A stretch of DNA of 62,312 nt, counting the filler, from Chrysochromulina tobinii (taxonomy: Eukaryota): assembly GCA_001275005.1 (NCBI GenBank). It is 5 parts of 5 records of this genome, joined end to end, with 100 filler letters (N's around TTAATTAATTAA, not from the genome) between each part and the next. Parts side by side here need not be neighbours in the genome. Positions count along the whole stretch, not along the records: positions 55,293 to 62,312 come from JWZX01001402.1; 4 more parts are not named here. One strand, written 5' to 3'. Below the pieces are notes generated by a model. The model saw only the letters and a list, made by a program, of their open reading frames with translations. It ran no database searches and was not told the DNA's origin. Made by a program: the position numbers and the translations under genes. Positions 58,045 through 62,312 of this stretch are shown here, piece by piece; positions within the stretch are counted from its first letter, which is position 1, and the number at the start of each line of letters is the position of its first letter.

Positions 58045-59316
58045 ATGTATCTCGACGGCAGGGATCGCTACCGAGAGCGCAAATATGTTATGGCTATTAT
58101 CCTGCTGATGAGCACGAGCACTTCGGCAGAGACATCTCTAGAGCATGACCAGTGCCGACCCAAAGGGTGTCGCACTCTCACCTACATCTATCAGCTGCCT
58201 CCGCCGTGTTCAAACTGGAATGCCACGAGCCCCAGAGCATTTTCAGAGGCGTTTGGACCAAGAGATTCGCGTGAAGCCAGCCACTGGCGTCACACCGGCA
58301 ATCGCGCACTGTCTGCATTGTGGCATTTCCGAGTTCAACACTCATCGTGTCGAACGCTTTGCGCACATGCAGCTGACCTCTTCTTTGTACCGGCGCTGAC
58401 GTTGGGCGGCTTAAGGTTGGGTGGCTTAAGGGAAATCAAACGATCATGCGGCGATTGTTCTGCCGAAGAGCTCGAGCGCCATCTCATACATCTGGACGAG
58501 TCCACTGCCGCTAAACATGTTTTGATTTGCCCAATTGAACATTTTGCTTTGGCGCCGTGCATTGGCTGGTGGTCGCACCCGAGGGGGCTCTTTTCACGGA
58601 TGATGCGCCTCTCCTTTAGCGCTGTGGCGCCAGCCTCCATGGCGTCGCACCTCGAGTATATGGTAGACAAACAATCAGCCGCTGATTTGATGGACATCAA
58701 AGCCTTTCCAAACCTTTACTCGTTACCCCAGCCGAGCAATGTGCACTGGGGCCAAGACCCGCCCTTCAATGTCTCCCGTAAACGTCCTCGCCTGATGTCG
58801 TTCGTGGGATCCATCACACATGGCGACGTCGAGGTCCGCAGACGAATTGCGCAGCAATGTGTAGCACTCCGCTCGCTCTGCACCTGGATTAACATCGGCT
58901 TTGGCGGCTTAACAAAGTCGCTCAACCTCGTTGCCAAAGTAAAGCTGGACACCATCTTTTGCCTCGAGCCTGCCGGTGATACGCCCTATCGCCGTTCGAT
59001 TGCCGATTCTGTCGCCGTAGGCTGCATCCCAGTGTACTTCAACAACGTAACCGACCTCACTGGTGGGCTACTGTGGGGACCTTGGCATAATGACTCTCGC
59101 GTGCTACTATCTCGGGATGCTTTCCTCGCGGGCCGCATCCACATCAAGGAACTGACTGAAATCTCGCCTGCAACGGTTGCCAAAATGCAGAACTTGCTGT
59201 GGTCGCATGCAGCGCGCGCGTTCCAGATCAGCGACTGGGACGACCCGAAAGACAGTGTTGGGCTGATGCTCGAGATGCTCGCGACTCGCGTACGAGTCGC
59301 GACCCAGCTCCCCTAG
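58045..59316 (+). CDS. Exostosin-family glycosyltransferase (GT47)
   Basis: YIYQLP, AADLFFVP, RPRLMSFVGS, TIFCLEPAGDTPYRRSIADSVAVGCIPVYF. Confidence 0.9.
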   Translation: MYLDGRDRYRERKYVMAIILLMSTSTSAETSLEHDQCRPKGCRTLTYIYQLPPPCSNWNATSPRAFSEAFGPRDSREASHWRHTGNRALSALWHFRVQHSSCRTLCAHAADLFFVPALTLGGLRLGGLREIKRSCGDCSAEELERHLIHLDESTAAKHVLICPIEHFALAPCIGWWSHPRGLFSRMMRLSFSAVAPASMASHLEYMVDKQSAADLMDIKAFPNLYSLPQPSNVHWGQDPPFNVSRKRPRLMSFVGSITHGDVEVRRRIAQQCVALRSLCTWINIGFGGLTKSLNLVAKVKLDTIFCLEPAGDTPYRRSIADSVAVGCIPVYFNNVTDLTGGLLWGPWHNDSRVLLSRDAFLAGRIHIKELTEISPATVAKMQNLLWSHAARAFQISDWDDPKDSVGLMLEMLATRVRVATQLP

Positions 59317-59747
59317 TCCGGCCGCCCGGTTGCAGCTTGCCACGCGACGGATCTACAGAGCCGAGCAGCCGACAGTCGGGCCACGCATACGGGTCGCCAA
59401 TGACGCTCGAGGCGATGCTCGAGGCGAGCATGCCGGAGCAGATACGCCCGTGGTGCGCCTATTCGCATGCGCATGAGGCGTGAGCCGCCTATTGAGTGTG
59501 CCTAGTGCCGGGGGGGCGACAGCCCGGTAAGGCTAAGGGGGGGGCGGTCGGGAGGCCTGCAGGGTACCCTGCACGCGCGGGCAAGCACACGTGTAGGTGT
59601 GGGTGGGTGGGGAAGCAAGCGCCCATTGCGCGAGCCAAGCGCTCGCTGGGCTGCTTCCGGTGTTTAACCCGCGCAGCATGTGGTCGTCGGCCGAATTCGG
59701 CAGCTATTGCCACGCTCTGGTGCGCCATGAGTGTCGAACGGATAGCG

Positions 59748-59836
59748 GGGGGGAAGGAGCAATCGAGCCCGCCATGGCAGGTCTGCACACTGGGGGGAAG
59801 GAGCAATCGAGCCCGCCATGGCAGGTCTGCACACTG
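59748..59836. repeat. 44-bp tandem duplication
   Basis: GGGGGGAAGGAGCAATCGAGCCCGCCATGGCAGGTCTGCACACT x2. Confidence 0.85.
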
Positions 59837-60619
59837 CAGGTGCTTGGTGAAGTACCGGTGTGGAAGAGCGGTTTGAATGAGTTTTGGAGGGAGGCCCGGC
59901 TGAATTTGTTTCTTGACGGCGACGCGTAGCGCGTTAGTAGCGCGCCTATAGCGGCTAGCGTGACGCTTACCACACCCCCGTCACCGATGAGTCGCTGGTA
60001 CCCCACCCCTGTTTAACCCCTGCTTTGGTTACCAAACAAGAAACATCTGTCATCTCCATTTGTCCTCTCTTCTCATTGCCTTCTCATCAGCGCGGGGAGG
60101 GTGCGGTGGGGGGGGCATCGGAGTGTTCAGTGTAGGGACTATCGGGCACGTGCCGGTTCAGCCAGTCCGGATTCCGTTTTTCATCATTTCATGAGTGTGG
60201 TTTTAATCCTGGAGCTTATCTGAGAAATACGACTGGCTCAGACGGAGCCTCCTTTTAGAGCCTTCTTTGTTCTTTCATATTGAGGTCTGATGTCTGAGGT
60301 CTCCCTGCTTCGATCCCTGTGCTTCACTACTGTGGGAATTCATCACAGAGTAAGAGATTTACCGAACCGGTAGAAAGGCAAGTGGAAATCAAAATAAGGA
60401 TAAAATAAGGATGTGACGTCCCTGACGAAACCGTGGGTGGTCAATGACGAAACTCCGACGAACCCTCCTCCCGCACTTTCAATATCTGACGCTCTAGAGT
60501 GTCTCGGTGACCATAATCGACTATCAAAGCGGAAAACAGTGTCGTCTGGATGTTGTTCTTGTTGACGGAGTTGACTCTCAGGATGTTGAACTCAGCGGAC
60601 TCGTCGTCGTGGGGTGACT

Positions 60620-60845
60620 GTAGTGTACTGTAGTTTATTACTCAAATCGGTGTAGTTTATTACTCAACGCATCCAAATGCATGTTTGCGCATTACAATGC
60701 ATTTGTGCGCATTTTTAGTGCATTCTATTCGTATTCTATTCGTGCTGCATTTCTAGGATTCGTTGGCATTTTCATGCATTCTAGACCTATTCTAGACCCC
60801 CCGCCCTTTGTGTGATATTCTCTACAGATGCATTCTTCGTTCTCT
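60620..60845. mobile_element. AT-rich element with TGCATT/TATTC repeats abutting the GH3 coding sequence
   Basis: Abrupt composition change at ~60845; many TGCAT(T) units; TGTAGTTTATTACTCAA twice at the other end. Confidence 0.45.
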
Positions 60846-62312
60846 ACCACTGCAATCGCGGCGTCCACGTCATCCTTACCTTCGACGCGGAGCGACCCAA
60901 TCTCTCCCGCGCTCGCACCGGCCTGCAGCCCACGCAAGATGGTCCACTGGTCGTCTGAACCCGACTTAACTGCGCCGCTGCCCCCAACCATGTAGTAGTC
61001 GCCGGCGTCCCAAGGCCAATGCGCGTCGAAGAAGCCTGCATGACAAGCGGAGCCGAGCAACGCCACCTTGGCACCGCGCGCGAGCGGCAGCACCGGCGCC
61101 GTCGGTGAGGTGATCGTCTTATTTGGGCCGGCGCCGCCAGCGGCGCCTAGTGCAACACGAGAGAGCCCCAAGACAGCCGATGCGCAACGACCGCCGCAGA
61201 CGCCGCTGCCGCTATCGCCCTGGCCGGGCGCGCGACTGCGGCTGCTCGGGTCATACTTGAGCAGCACGGCCGCTTCGGCCGCCACCTGCCTCGCCACTGC
61301 CACGTGCTCCGCGCTCGTTGCACGCTGCTGGTAGAGGAGGAACTCGCAGTCGTGCCCAGGCGTGCAGTGCGGCCCCTCGTCCCATGCGCCGCTCCTCAGC
61401 ATGCCGCTCAGCACGTGCTCCGCCATCAAGGTCTCGGCTCCGCCCGCCTGCTGCACCTTGCGCAGCTCGAAGGCGCCGTCCGTGCCCGGATGCTCTTGGT
61501 CAAGGCCGTGGCTCCCATAGTGCGGTTCAATGTGCGCCCACCAATCGGTGAGCACGAAGCCCTTAAAGCCCATCTTAGTCCGCAGGTGGTCGTTGAAGAG
61601 GCGTGGCGAGCCGCCGCAGGCCCACGAGCCATTGGCCTTGTTGTAGCTGCACACGACCGCGGCGGCGCCCGCCTTCACGGCCGCCTCAAACGGTGGATAG
61701 TACACCTCCCACAGGGCGCGATCTCCTGCAGTCGAGCTCTCGGAGTTACGATTCGTCTCTTGGCTATTGAGCACGAAGTGCTTGACGCATCCGGCGACGC
61801 CCGCACCCTGGACGGCCCGCACATACTCGGCCGTGAGTGCGGCGCCCCAATAAGGGTCCTCGCCGCTCAGGTACTCTGCGCTCCGCCCGTTCATCGCGAC
61901 GCGTGCGACATTGACCCCCTGGCCGAGGATGACATTCGCGCCCTTGGCCTTGAACTCCTCTCCGATTGCGCGCGCGTACCGGGAGACTAGGGCGCGGTCC
62001 CAGGTCGCCGCGGCCGCGAGGGCGCTCGGAAAGCTCATGACTGTGCCGGTGATGCGCGAGTGCATCGTGCGGAAGCCGGCGCCCGCATCCTGCAGCCGAA
62101 TCGAAGGGAGACCGAGCCAGGCTATGCCGCGGATGTTGCCGGTGTAGTGGCCGTAGCGCTGCGTGTAGCCATCCCAGCCGTAGCCGCGCAGGAGCTGGCC
62201 CTTCTCGTCCGCAGTGAGCCGATTGTGCGCAAGCTCGTGCGCCGCCGCCTCTGGCGAGCCGCCGAACCGACGCCACAGCGCGTGCGCGTCGCTCACCGCT
62301 GCGTCCTTCCCT
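60725..62312 (-). CDS. Glycoside hydrolase family 3 beta-glucosidase (5' partial; C-terminal domain appears truncated)
   Basis: LQDAGAGFR, SFPSALAAAATWD, GRSAEYLSGEDP, CVKHF, CSYNKANG, GFVLTDW (nucleophile), AAVLLK, GGSG; frame open to window edge. Confidence 0.92.
   Translation of the reverse strand, partial: GKDAAVSDAHALWRRFGGSPEAAAHELAHNRLTADEKGQLLRGYGWDGYTQRYGHYTGNIRGIAWLGLPSIRLQDAGAGFRTMHSRITGTVMSFPSALAAAATWDRALVSRYARAIGEEFKAKGANVILGQGVNVARVAMNGRSAEYLSGEDPYWGAALTAEYVRAVQGAGVAGCVKHFVLNSQETNRNSESSTAGDRALWEVYYPPFEAAVKAGAAAVVCSYNKANGSWACGGSPRLFNDHLRTKMGFKGFVLTDWWAHIEPHYGSHGLDQEHPGTDGAFELRKVQQAGGAETLMAEHVLSGMLRSGAWDEGPHCTPGHDCEFLLYQQRATSAEHVAVARQVAAEAAVLLKYDPSSRSRAPGQGDSGSGVCGGRCASAVLGLSRVALGAAGGAGPNKTITSPTAPVLPLARGAKVALLGSACHAGFFDAHWPWDAGDYYMVGGSGAVKSGSDDQWTILRGLQAGASAGEIGSLRVEGKDDVDAAIAVVENEECICREYHTKGGGSRIGLECMKMPTNPRNAARIEYE

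Overview
GC-rich eukaryotic DNA with spliceosomal GT-AG introns, most like a haptophyte alga (Chrysochromulina/Emiliania-like; inference). Four identical 100-nt N/TTAATTAATTAA/N linkers join five contigs, so adjacency across gaps is meaningless. About 22 protein genes or fragments and one tRNA-Lys(UUU)-like gene are supported. They include a >1840-aa secreted mosaic protein missed by the ORF track, a bromodomain/CHD-like fragment, two 2OG-Fe(II) oxygenases, a 7-exon ABC1 kinase, GT90, GT47, GH3, patatin, PAP2, WRN-type exonuclease, RecQ, ZSWIM2-like E3, SPX-VTC, a DUF202-propeller fusion and a pentameric ligand-gated channel with an EF-hand. Most striking: (1) introns in three unrelated genes on three contigs share a conserved core (44/47 nt identical between two of them), and several introns carry an 18-31 nt copy of the adjoining exon that supplies one splice site, resembling an introner-like intron-generating element; (2) a head-to-head polyphosphate (VTC) gene pair; (3) a mobile ~37-aa CDDGG...DCGPR module present 7 times, twice inside FG-GAP blades. 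Several single-base frameshifts suggest sequencing error.
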